Both the position numbers and the translations under genes were made by a program. A DNA stretch of 63,559 bases, the filler included, from Babesia bigemina (lineage: Eukaryota), in NCBI RefSeq assembly GCF_000981445.1. It is 9 parts of 9 records of this genome, joined end to end, with 100 filler letters (N's around TTAATTAATTAA, not from the genome) between each part and the next. Parts side by side here need not be neighbours in the genome. Positions count along the whole stretch, not along the records: positions 16,266 to 38,497 come from NW_012237016.1; 8 more parts are not named here. The stretch is one strand, 5' to 3'. The notes under the pieces are model-generated. The model worked only from the letters and a program-made list of their open reading frames with translations, was not told the origin of the DNA and did no database searches. Below are positions 21,301 through 30,900 of this stretch, piece after piece. Numbering within the stretch: the first letter of the stretch is position 1; every line of letters begins with the position of its first letter.

Positions 21301-23870
21301 ACGTGTAGATTTCCATTTAAATGTTTTCCAGTCTCCATTAAAGCCGCAATGAGAGCGTTGAGATTTTGCCTGATTTGGTCGACGAATCCGATAGTGTTAC
21401 TTGGGTCGGACTCGTCGCCGTTCAATTTATTACCGAATGTATCGAAGCCATTGTATCCAAGCTGCTTGATCACCTCAACGAGACTGCCACCCATTTTATC
21501 AATATCACCGGACGTAAGAGCGTTAATACTTTCTGTTGTTTGGGCAACAAAACTTCCGTAACCGGAGAATTTGCTTTCGGGCAGCTTAGTGATTTTTTCA
21601 GCACCACTCTGTCCGATCTCCGCTTCAAGCGTAGTCTTAACCTGCTGGATAGCGTCGTCGACGGCTTTGGCGAAATTAGAAGCGCCGGTGGAGCCTGATT
21701 CGAATGCTTGTTTGAGATTTCCATGAAGCCTTTTAATTTGTGTATGAGCGGCCCCCAGCGCCGTGTCGATCTTGTGGCCATAGTCAATATCATCAATTGT
21801 TGTGTCATCCAGGCCGTTAAATTGCGTACCGATGTCTTTGACTTGCTGTATCGCATCCTTCACGTTTTTTATTTTAGACGCTTCGATGAATCGTCTAAGT
21901 TCCGCAGCAACATGCTTAAATCTGTTTGCTACGCATTGGAAGATAGATTTAAGCGCGTCTGTAAGATCGGGTTTGTGTGATTGATCACCGCTTTTTACTT
22001 GCATTTCAATCGTCTTTGCTGCCTTGCCGATTGTTGAATTTAGAGTTTTTGTGAGTTGAACATCCACATGATTAGCGAATTGCTCAAGCCATTCCCCAAT
22101 ATTTGTAATTTCAGCACCTTTAAGCTTTTCCTGCGCAGCAAGGTTAATATCGGTATTCATATATTTTGGAAGGTGCTGATTGATGACTAATTTTACGTTG
22201 CGAAGTTTTGCAGGCCTGTCAAGACCACTGAGCTTTCCAAAATTATCCGTGACATACACAAATAGTTTACCATGTACTACACCATCCTCTATAATCTCTG
22301 CAATCCACTTGGTCAATAATGTCTCAAAACTATCTCTACTAAATTCTTTGACGTATTCCGTCACTCCATTAACAAGTTGCGTTAGACTTGAATCTCTCAC
22401 TCGTGTACCAGTCAAAATCTCAACATCACCCGTAAGCTGCTCTTTAAGCGCATCCCAATTTTGATATATACTATCATACGTTCCGCCGGTTACTGGTACT
22501 TTCATTGGTTCACCTAGAAGTCCCTTAATTCCTTCAACCTCGCCTTTAATATGTTTCATAATTTCCTCAATTTTTTTATTTTTCTCATTCGCTGGTCCCG
22601 GTGTTCCGGTAATATTAATATATAGTGATCCAATCCTATTCTCAATTTCCTTCACCTCCCTTTCCACCGCCGTTTTCACCTTATACAAATCTTTCTTCAG
22701 CTCGCCGTCCATCTCTTTTACCGCATTCAAAGCATCTTTAACCAACTGCTTGACATGCTCATTTGCGCTTGCATACGAATCCTGAATTCTCGTTGTGATA
22801 TCATAAAGTTTTTCCTGTTTATCTGTGCCGATTGTGTTTTGTACAAGTGGCTGCACGTGCGTTTCGCTTAGGTTATCTATAAATTGCTTAGCTTCATCTA
22901 TCCATTGTATCAACTGCTTCACATATTCCCAGAGTCTTTTATTAATTTCTTCCAACTTAACTTTTATATCCTCGACCTTGAATTTCAAAATGTCCACTAG
23001 ACTTGTGACATCGTTTCTAATCTTATCATTTACATTCATTTTCAGCTCATCAAGCACTTCACGGATTTTGGTCTCCATTTTCTCTAAATCTTTCTTTTCC
23101 TTCCTACTATACTTTTGAAGCCTACCACGTTCATGAAGCACATTATTTTTGCCGTTAATGACCTTATCACGTAATGTAATGTTTAAGTCTAATACATTAT
23201 TATGGGATTCGTACATTCCATTTTCGAAGATCAACGCATTGTCCAGTGAGATGCGCACCAAGTTCCAGGCCTCGATCGCTGCTGTAGAAGTTTTTCCTGA
23301 ATCTGCAACAGCATTATCATTCAAATCGCTACTTACCTGATTTTTTAGCGCAGTCATCTTTCTGTCCATATCATTTATTACACCCTTCACCCTCTCATTC
23401 CCCTCCTGCACGTCCCTGTTATACGCCGCGATGCTCTCAGGCAACTTGGTGAAAAGCCTTTTAAAGCCCTCGTGCCCTGAGCAAAGATTATGTTCAATTA
23501 CGCTACTTACTAGATTTCTAAGCGTTATTTTACCCACACTGTAAGGCTGTTTCTCGCTGACATCCTTAAGCACCTGATACAAAAATCCCATCACCCCGTC
23601 ACTAAGCCTATCCAAGTCAGAGTACACAATCCCAGAGCCGTCGTAGCCTTTGGTGGCAGAGTTGAAGCCGAGGAAAGTTTCGAGGCCGGTGCAGAGGTTA
23701 TTAAGGATGTTAGTAGGGTTATTATTTAAGGTAATTTTGAGGTTCAAAATTTTGTCAAATTTCATGCCAAGCTCCCTAGGCGGCACACGGTCAGGGCAGT
23801 GGCAAGCGGTGGAAGAGGGGAAGTAAAGGGTGACAAGGCACAAGTTATTAGGATGGTTTATAGAGGTCAT
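18360..23870 (-). CDS. ves1: VESA1-like antigen, type A tail; the only copy with an unbroken frame from the leader ATG
   Basis: 1836-aa ORF starting MTSINHPNN; family motifs, TM and SHRIAAQSLL tail. Confidence 0.88.
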   Translation of the reverse strand: MTSINHPNNLCLVTLYFPSSTACHCPDRVPPRELGMKFDKILNLKITLNNNPTNILNNLCTGLETFLGFNSATKGYDGSGIVYSDLDRLSDGVMGFLYQVLKDVSEKQPYSVGKITLRNLVSSVIEHNLCSGHEGFKRLFTKLPESIAAYNRDVQEGNERVKGVINDMDRKMTALKNQVSSDLNDNAVADSGKTSTAAIEAWNLVRISLDNALIFENGMYESHNNVLDLNITLRDKVINGKNNVLHERGRLQKYSRKEKKDLEKMETKIREVLDELKMNVNDKIRNDVTSLVDILKFKVEDIKVKLEEINKRLWEYVKQLIQWIDEAKQFIDNLSETHVQPLVQNTIGTDKQEKLYDITTRIQDSYASANEHVKQLVKDALNAVKEMDGELKKDLYKVKTAVEREVKEIENRIGSLYINITGTPGPANEKNKKIEEIMKHIKGEVEGIKGLLGEPMKVPVTGGTYDSIYQNWDALKEQLTGDVEILTGTRVRDSSLTQLVNGVTEYVKEFSRDSFETLLTKWIAEIIEDGVVHGKLFVYVTDNFGKLSGLDRPAKLRNVKLVINQHLPKYMNTDINLAAQEKLKGAEITNIGEWLEQFANHVDVQLTKTLNSTIGKAAKTIEMQVKSGDQSHKPDLTDALKSIFQCVANRFKHVAAELRRFIEASKIKNVKDAIQQVKDIGTQFNGLDDTTIDDIDYGHKIDTALGAAHTQIKRLHGNLKQAFESGSTGASNFAKAVDDAIQQVKTTLEAEIGQSGAEKITKLPESKFSGYGSFVAQTTESINALTSGDIDKMGGSLVEVIKQLGYNGFDTFGNKLNGDESDPSNTIGFVDQIRQNLNALIAALMETGKHLNGNLHVFKMQTVAEKLKKIKDDLYGLHNDFNRVIQTTDVFIRSDADKSRTDTINRLQEYVNDNVGFALSTLTTAARRNYVSSIKSLLAAFADKITNELQPLPDLIDKDRKEGFKGFMRTLQGVMEDNGDTSNDNIEKLSNLVRELSQDNVNHKEAFRNLSEKFQKFFWPLKGYLKTEIDRLHKEEDKKKQLPETDDTVYTAKLGEINVSFNDLLSHLQETNRYDHQVHGKLDKLSQAVAMLKPETFDRPNSPVLDSVTRGLGGFVGELNKVYISAYDSQTLEKDLVDRKEVITTREATTKYELREYGRNCSKVFLHVLSILHTELNRLVKYCQSSTSSEQINKSTIVGMFFRDQGYDVSDFGEQNGELQDHKRMTVFFIYKRLFRDDDRHIFKDIKRNGSLQKLHDCLQTYYQVGHVATFAAKKRPCSIFEMLCWLSGLQCTAGYEAMLNDALSDLFIDPKQVTDGELSAVIGVEPVKAYPQAMEYDGTRAAIEHLCSTAYDLLVYILGTGNAHTMYASDFSNNSLGFHYPTSGEDCLGMLMDVLSRLLPPLQFMYSRCKLSVQHGGWQECEYGKNIRTTKWPCKEHITDEVACRPNDQPKCQPTSPLMSYLNDCLPGHLPHQLSSIGCKYDCATCPSTSRKGQPCITPLGFRGFSGSTKTGKDLCSILTKIIENKHLASLFCLVTKPPKTLPEHFGFALSLVADWHKGDIVGKKGVQNAFEDSTKELSIRLCDKPGDLTSALVDAYGSDSVKHSTCSNPHLRHLASNDFCNKHPCAPYLSSLYADCYKYIANKNAKLYLYWAVYLPWDFWTLLNNLYTAFCSIACQDWGCNSCMRADKCKKGKHGDEKSRCQCESIVTCNGVSPTLYQYGFIFNNAVELNRSKYQKTCNDFCNILSKVLKSDYFTKLFDKCDEFLWIIRSPFSYLVLTLWLLSLLYLIHIMVIRLDLLHIKSHLHSPSSHRIAAQSLLAAGRVGKLSKISYLQP

Positions 23871-23897
23871 AGCGTTAATATGGCGAAGTAATTCAAG

Positions 23898-24856
23898 GGA
23901 TGTGGAGTGGGTTAGGGAGCGATGTAGAGTGGGTTAGGGAGCGATGTAGAGTGGGTTAAGGGGCGATGTAGAGTGGATAAAGGAGCGATGTAGTGTGGAT
24001 GAAGGGGCGATGTGGAGTGGATAAAGGGGCGATGTAGAGTGAGTTAAGGGGCGATGTAGAGTGGGTTAGGGAGCGATGTAGAGTGGGTTAAGGGGCGATG
24101 TGGAGTGGGTTAAGGGGCGATGTAGAGTGGGTAAGGGAGCGATGTGGAGTGGACAAAGGAGCGATGGAGAGTGGATTAAGGAGCGATGTAGAGTGGATTA
24201 GGGAGCGATGTAGAGTGGATAAAGGGGCGATGTGGAGTGGGTTAGGGAGCGATGTAGAGTGGGTAAGGAGCGATGTAGAGTGGGTAAGGGAGCGATGTAG
24301 AGTGGGTAAGGGAGCGATGTAGAGTGGGTAAGGGAGCGATGTAGAGTGGGTAAAGGGGCGATGTAGAGTGGATAAAGGAGCGATGTGGAGTGGGTTAGGG
24401 AGCGATGTAGAGTGGGTAAAGGGGCGATGTAGAGTGGGTTAAGGGGCGATGTAGAGTGGGTTAAGCAGCGATGTGGAGTGGATAAGGGAGCGATGTAGAG
24501 TGGATAAAAGGGCGATGTAGAGTGGATAAAGGGGCGATGTAGAGTGGATGAAGGGGCGATGTGGAGTGGATAAGGGGCGATGTAGAGTGGATAAAGGGGC
24601 GATGTAGAGTGGGTTAGGGAGCGATGTAGAGTGGGTTAAGGGGCGATGTAGAGTGGACAAAGGGGCGATGTGGAGTGGATAAAGGGGCGATGTAGAGTGG
24701 GTTAGGGAGCGATGTGGAGTGGGTAAAGGGGCGATGTGGAGTGGGTTAGGGAGCGATGTAGAGTGGGTTAAGGGGCGATGTAGAGTGGATAAAGGGGCGA
24801 TGTGGAGTGGATAAGGGGCGATGTAGAGTGGGTAAAGGGGCGATGTAGAGTGGATG
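23898..24856. repeat. ~22-bp minisatellite
   Basis: Seen directly. Confidence 0.95.
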
Positions 24857-24891
24857 ATAATCACCACTTTGGTCAGGTGGTTGGTCACCAC

Positions 24892-25192
24892 TGTCATCGC
24901 TGCCGTGACGATGTCATCGCTGCCGTGTCCATGTCATCGCTGCTGAGTCCATGTCATCGCTGCCGTGACCATGTCATCGCTGCCGTAACCTTGTCATCGC
25001 TGCCGTGACCTTGTCATCGCTGCCGTGACCATGTCATCGCTGTTGTGTCCATCTCATCGCTGCCGTGACCATGTCATCGCTGCCGTAGCCATGTCATCGC
25101 TGCCGTGACCATTTCATCGCTGCCGTGACCATGTCATCGCTGCCGTAACCATGTCATCGCTGCCTTAACCATGTCACCGCTGCCGTGACCAT
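24892..25192. repeat. 20-bp minisatellite
   Basis: Seen directly. Confidence 0.95.
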
Positions 25193-25338
25193 CAACTTTG
25201 TCAGCACTTTGGTCACCTCACTGCTCATGTGATTGGTCATCAACGCAATCATTACTGTCTAGCACATTAGATGTCTGTTGCCAGTTAGGTGATCAGTGGG
25301 ATTTGGATGACGATGTTAGCGCTAACAAATTGCTGAGT

Positions 25339-25872
25339 TCAGCTGTAGAACGCGATGCAGAAGGGTATCTTGCGGACGAGGAAATCGCGGATGTTGCGGC
25401 CCACCGGGAAGCGGAAGATGCACAGGTCCAGCAGGATGATGGCGACGATGATGGCAACGATGACGGCGGCGATGACGGAGTAGGGAGGGGGGGAAGGTGG
25501 AGTAATGTTTTCATCTTGGGTCCGAGCTTCGAGATTCCTCGATTGCTCTTCGGTGGCCTGAAGATGCTCTTGCCTTGGGAGAGAGGGGGGAGCAGCGGGG
25601 GCTTGGCACATATCTGCCTGCTCTGAGCATTTCCTTATACAACATTCACATTTACAGTTTTTAATGTCGGGACATTCTTTTGTTCTCTGTTCGCATCCCT
25701 TAGGATGGCAGTACTTGCCGCCTTGGTGTTTTCGGAAATTATAGACACAGTTATTGCAGCCCCAGCTAGTCTTACAAATTTTACAACACCACGGACAACA
25801 ATAACACTCCTTAAAAGTTGGACATTTATAACCACACTCCAAACACGGAGCACCAGGCCTTATCACCACCAT
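25339..25872 (-). CDS. Small Cys-rich protein with one C-terminal TM helix (unnamed family)
   Basis: 177-aa ORF; Cys-dense N-half, Pro-rich stalk, hydrophobic VIAAVIVAIIVAIILLDLCIF, basic tail; paralogous architecture at 58724 and 47497. Confidence 0.75.
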   Translation of the reverse strand: MVVIRPGAPCLECGYKCPTFKECYCCPWCCKICKTSWGCNNCVYNFRKHQGGKYCHPKGCEQRTKECPDIKNCKCECCIRKCSEQADMCQAPAAPPSLPRQEHLQATEEQSRNLEARTQDENITPPSPPPYSVIAAVIVAIIVAIILLDLCIFRFPVGRNIRDFLVRKIPFCIAFYS

Positions 25873-25874
25873 CT

Positions 25875-27017
25875 TCCCCCCCCACTCCCCTCAACCTGCA
25901 AGCATATCAATCACTCAAGCAACGCACTCACCAACTGCAACACGTACCACTGCCGCTCCCAGTCCCTTCAACCTGCAAACTATCAATCACCTAGCAACGC
26001 ACTCACCAACTGCAACACTACCACTGCCGCTACCACTCCCCTCAACCTGCAAGCATATCAATCACCTAAGCAGCACTCACCAACTGCAACACGTACCACT
26101 GCCGTTCCCAGCCCCCTCAACCTGCAAACTATAAATCACTAAGCAACGCAGTCACCAACTGCAACACGTACCACTGCCGCTTTCGGTCCCCTCAACCTGC
26201 AAACATCAATCACCTAGCAACGGACTCACCAACTACCACGTACCACTGCCGCTCCCAGTCCCCTCAACCTGCAGACATATCAGTCACCTAGCAACGCACT
26301 CACCAACTGCAACACTACCACTGCCGCTCCCAGTCCCCTCAACCTGCAGACATATCAGTCACCTAGCAACGCACTCACCAACTGCAACACTACCACTGCC
26401 GCTCCCAGTCCCCTCAACCTGCAGACATATCAGTCACCTAGCAACGCACTCACCAACTGCAACACTACCACTGCCGCTCCCAGTCCCCTCAACCTGCAAC
26501 CTTATCAATCACCTAGCAACGCACTCACCAAATGCAACACGTACCACTGCCGCTACCAGTCCCCTCAGCCTGCAAACATATCAATCACCTACGCAACGCA
26601 CTCACCAACTGCAACACGTACCACTCCCACTCCCAGTCCCCTCAACCTGCAGACATATCAGTCACCTAGCAACGCACTCACCAACTGCAACACGTACACT
26701 GCCGCTACCAGTACCCTCAACCTGCGAACTATCAATCACCTAGCAACGCACTCACCAACTGCAACACGTAACACTGCCGCTCCCAGTCCCCTCAACCTGC
26801 AAACTATCAATCACCTAGCAACGCACTCACCAACTGCAACACTACCACTGCCGCTCCCAGTCCCCTCAACCTGCAAGCATATCAATCACCTACCAACGCA
26901 CTCACCGACTGCAACACGTACACTGCCGCTCCCAGTACCCTCAACCTGCGAACTATCAATCACCTAGCAACGCACTCACCAACTGCAACACGTACCACTG
27001 CCGCTTACAGTCCCCTC
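25875..27017. repeat. ~76-bp tandem repeat with intron-shaped units on the minus strand
   Basis: About 15 units CCCCTCAACCTGCA..ATCAATCACCTAGCAACGCACTCACCAACTGCAACAC. Confidence 0.95.
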
Positions 27018-27508
27018 ATCAACACGTACCCTCACCGCTGTATCCCCCCAGCCCAGGCCACTGACACCCACGCTGCCCAGGATACCACGGCCACACCTGA
27101 CGCGACGCATGTCATCAGCATCAACCGTCACTCTAAATTATTCACTATTCGCAACGTCATTGAAATTGCAGCGAACCCCGTGAGCTCAACTCCCACAGTG
27201 CAGCAGCACCGTGCTACAAGCCGCCGTATCGGCGCCATACTGGCGGAGCGTGTCGGCTACGTGCCTAAATGTGATATTAACAATCGCTACATTGCCGCCT
27301 ATAAATGCTACTTAACCGAGCCAACGCGGATTACGCCACCCTGCCAGTTACTCGCAACACACGAATTAGGTCACCCGCCGCGGCCCTCACGGCCGCCTAC
27401 GTCAGCAACCAATCACCTAGCCTCACGCAACACTGACTCAATGGGCAACGCAGACGCCACTCACAGTCAACGCCTAACTCAACGCAACAACCAAATTACG
27501 GTTCATCC
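27018..27508. other. Conserved ~500-bp non-repetitive element (copy 1)
   Basis: Collinear with 48118-48632 and 52305-52793. Confidence 0.85.
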
Positions 27509-27775
27509 GCCAGCTTAGCACTTTGCCTGGATGCTAGGTTAACACGTTGCCTGAGTGCTAGGTTAACGCTTTGCCTGGTTGCTAGGTTAGCACTTTGCCT
27601 GGGTGCCAGCTTACCACTTTGCCTGCGTGCTTGCTTACCACTTTGCCTGGGTGCTAGGTCAACACTTTGCCTGCGTGCTAGGTTAGCACTTTGCCTGGAT
27701 GCTAGGTTAGCACTTTGCCTGGGTGCTAGCTTATCACTTTGCCTGTGTGCTAGCTTAGCACTTTGCCTGTTTGCT
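27509..27775. repeat. 24-bp minisatellite
   Basis: TAGCACTTTGCCTG core in tandem. Confidence 0.9.
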
Positions 27776-27919
27776 TCGTCGTTCACTCATCACCTAATCT
27801 AGGTGCTATCTAGTTCACAAGTTACCCCTTGAGTAATTCGAGACATTAGACTACGTTTGTCGGTTAGGTGAGTAGGTGAATTGTTACGTGAGTAGTGTGA
27901 ATTACAAATGTGACGATGA

Positions 27920-30900
27920 TCACGGTTGTAGGTACGATATCTTGGCAAGCCTTCCGACTTGCGCTGCAGCCAACAATGATTGCGCCGTTATCTTGTGCGA
28001 CGACGGTATCCTCAGGTGTGACCTGATGTGGAGCACATCCAGCCTGCCAACCATTACGCACATGAGGTAGAAGAGGGACAGTGACCAGAGGGCTACGGTG
28101 GTCCAGAAGAATTTCTCCCGGATTTGCCAAAGGAAATCGGGAATCGTTTTGTTAACGAGCATATATAAAGCGTTACCTGGTCTTACGACGAACCCCAATG
28201 CCTGGCAGAAATCTTCACATGTACGTTTTTTACGTCTACCGTCATCACCACTCATTTCGAACGGACTGCCGAAAGTGAATCCTGCTGAGTACATAGCTGC
28301 ATGGGTAGCTCGGCATTTAACAATAGAACCACATGAATCTTCATGCTTAATATTTTCAAAACCAGCCGGGTTAGCGTCTTCAGTGGGCTTCTTATATCCA
28401 TAGCTGAACCTGACTTGACAATCCTTGACACAGCTCTTGTCATAGCAACGCTTGCCAGGTCTATTGCAGTTTTGGCAGCATTCGTCATACAATTTCTTGA
28501 GTAAGTCGTAGAATGTTTCGGTAATGTATACTACCCATGACAGGTAGTGGCTTGCGTGGTACTTAGAATATACCACCATGATGTCGTTGCTGATTGGTTG
28601 CAGGTACCGACCGCAGGGTAGGCCTGGTAGTGTCTTAGAATCACAAGCTACAAGACTAAGCAGATCACCGTTGTGTTTCGGAAGTTTGCCGGGAGCATGA
28701 GTGGCGTGACTGCTGCTGCTAAACATGGACTTAATCTCTAACTTCGTTTCTGGAATTTTGAAATTAGCGGCTTTGACGGCTAGGTTAAACGCAATCTCTC
28801 GGTGGTTCTCACGCTCGCCTTTTCCAGTCTCGTACCAGCCATTTATGAAATGGTAGTAGAACGCAAACATGTCGCCCAGCGTCTGCGGCGGACGGCGGAT
28901 GAGGCATGTGATAATACTACACAGTTTAGTGAGATGCGATATGGGACCGCAGAAATTGCGAAGAGCCTCTTTCAGATGAGCGCCGGTTTTCGTATGCGAA
29001 GCAGTAATTCCGATGTCAGCCAGGCCCATAGGAGTGAGACATGGCTTGCCATGGTGATTAGACAAAGAACATTTTACGCCGCAACCAACCTTTTCAAGCC
29101 GGTGTGGCAGGAAGCCTTGTAGGCCATCTTCCAAGAAAGACTGTAGCGGTGACTTTATGCCGCACTTGGAGTGTTGGTTGCACTTTTGGTTACCACTTTG
29201 GTCAGCATTTTGATCATCCGTTTGCCTGTCCTTTCGCTCACACTCTTGGTTGGGGCATTGGTAGTCATTGCAGTGCCACGCTGATCCGGCGATTCCCTTG
29301 CCGTACCAACAATCCTCCCAACCGCCCCTGCTACGGCCATTGTAGCACTGTTTGTAGAGGAAGCATAGCTGAGTATATAATCTACAAATTATATCCGCAA
29401 GCATATCGAAGCATGCGCTAGGACTGCTGGGATATAACAAATTCTCCACGTTCATGAAATACTCACAAGCGTATCGGCCGTCACTATGACCGTGTCCGAC
29501 GATGGCGATTAACGTATCGCGCGAATATAAACAGACATTGCGCAAAGTATCGGCCAATTGCTTATGATTAATAGCTGTATTAATTTCGCTTTTTAGGTTG
29601 GACGTGACGGCAACATCTAACGCATCTGCCTGTAATTTGTACTCGTCCTTTAACGAAGTCAGCAGAGTTGTGAAATAGCCTGTAACTTTACTAAACATGG
29701 GATTAAACCACAGCCCGGGAAGCCATTGGAGCATCTGACATATTGTCGTTGGAGGTTTAGGATTAGGGCGCATATTAAGGTGACAGACTTTGTAGAAGTC
29801 GGATAGCTTAGAATCGTGGAGTACGATGAGGAGGTTGACAAGCTTAACGCTCTTGTCTTTGGAATTTGCGTATTTTCCTAACATAGTTATGGTTGCAGGG
29901 TCCACATTGCTGATTACATTATTACACAGCGCAATAATTTCGTTACCTTTCAGAGATACCGAATTCCGCAACTCCCCGTCCTGCGTGTTCTTATCTTTGG
30001 GTACCTTGTAACCACGACGCTGGAACCAGTGACCGAGTGGGTTTCCATTCTCTTTTATTTTCTTATCTACGTCGTACAAACAGATATTCATATTTTGCCA
30101 CTCACCTCTGAATGTCGGAGAGCACTTCATGTATAGATCATACAACTTACTACGTAATAATGACAATACCGTCAAAAATATTTTGGCGCATTTTTTTCCT
30201 TCTTCTGTAACATTTCCAGTGTTTGCATATACCAATAAAACGTTCTCAAAACCTCCCTCATACCCGTTCACATACACCCTCCCCATCTCCTTGACAAACC
30301 CCTGCAGCCCCGCTCTGACCGCATCGAGCAGCTCTGGGTGCCGGGGGTTGGCGAAGGTGGAGGGGGATAAATCGTTAGTGGCGTCTTTGAGGGAGGCAAG
30401 TTTTTCGGTGAAAGCATGATCATAATTATATGTTTTGCGTTGATTTTCATTTTTAAGATGTTCAAGTAAATTGTCGAAGTCTTCTTTGATTTTGGTTAGC
30501 TTGCTGGCTGGGTCGGTGGGCGGGGAGTTGGTTGGGGGGGTGGGTAGGCTGTTACTCTGCTGGTTGGAAGTACGTCTAGTCGTAACATTAATTTGGTCGC
30601 TGACATAATGTAGGTGTCGGTCAACATATGTTTGATAACGATCAGATGCATCTCTGAATTTTTGTGCATCCCCTTTTGCTGACGTGTGTTGCTTCATCTG
30701 CACAGCTACGAGTGACATTATATGAGTAAGATCATGTTCTTCTGCTTTCATACGCTTCATCAACCCCTTCACGCCGTTGTTGTAATCAAATGCGATAGCG
30801 GTAATCATGGCTTGGTGTTGCGTTTCTACAATTTTTTGCAGCCCATTCAATTCGCTCATTTTGGTTCTCGTGTACAGAGCTTTAGTTGTGGATTCAATTC

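Noticed and set aside
27180..27518. Peptide STPTVQQHRATSR..VPKCDIN seen in three copies of the 500-bp element
   Set aside because: Starts are non-ATG and differ, ends shift frame between copies; DNA-level conservation explains it
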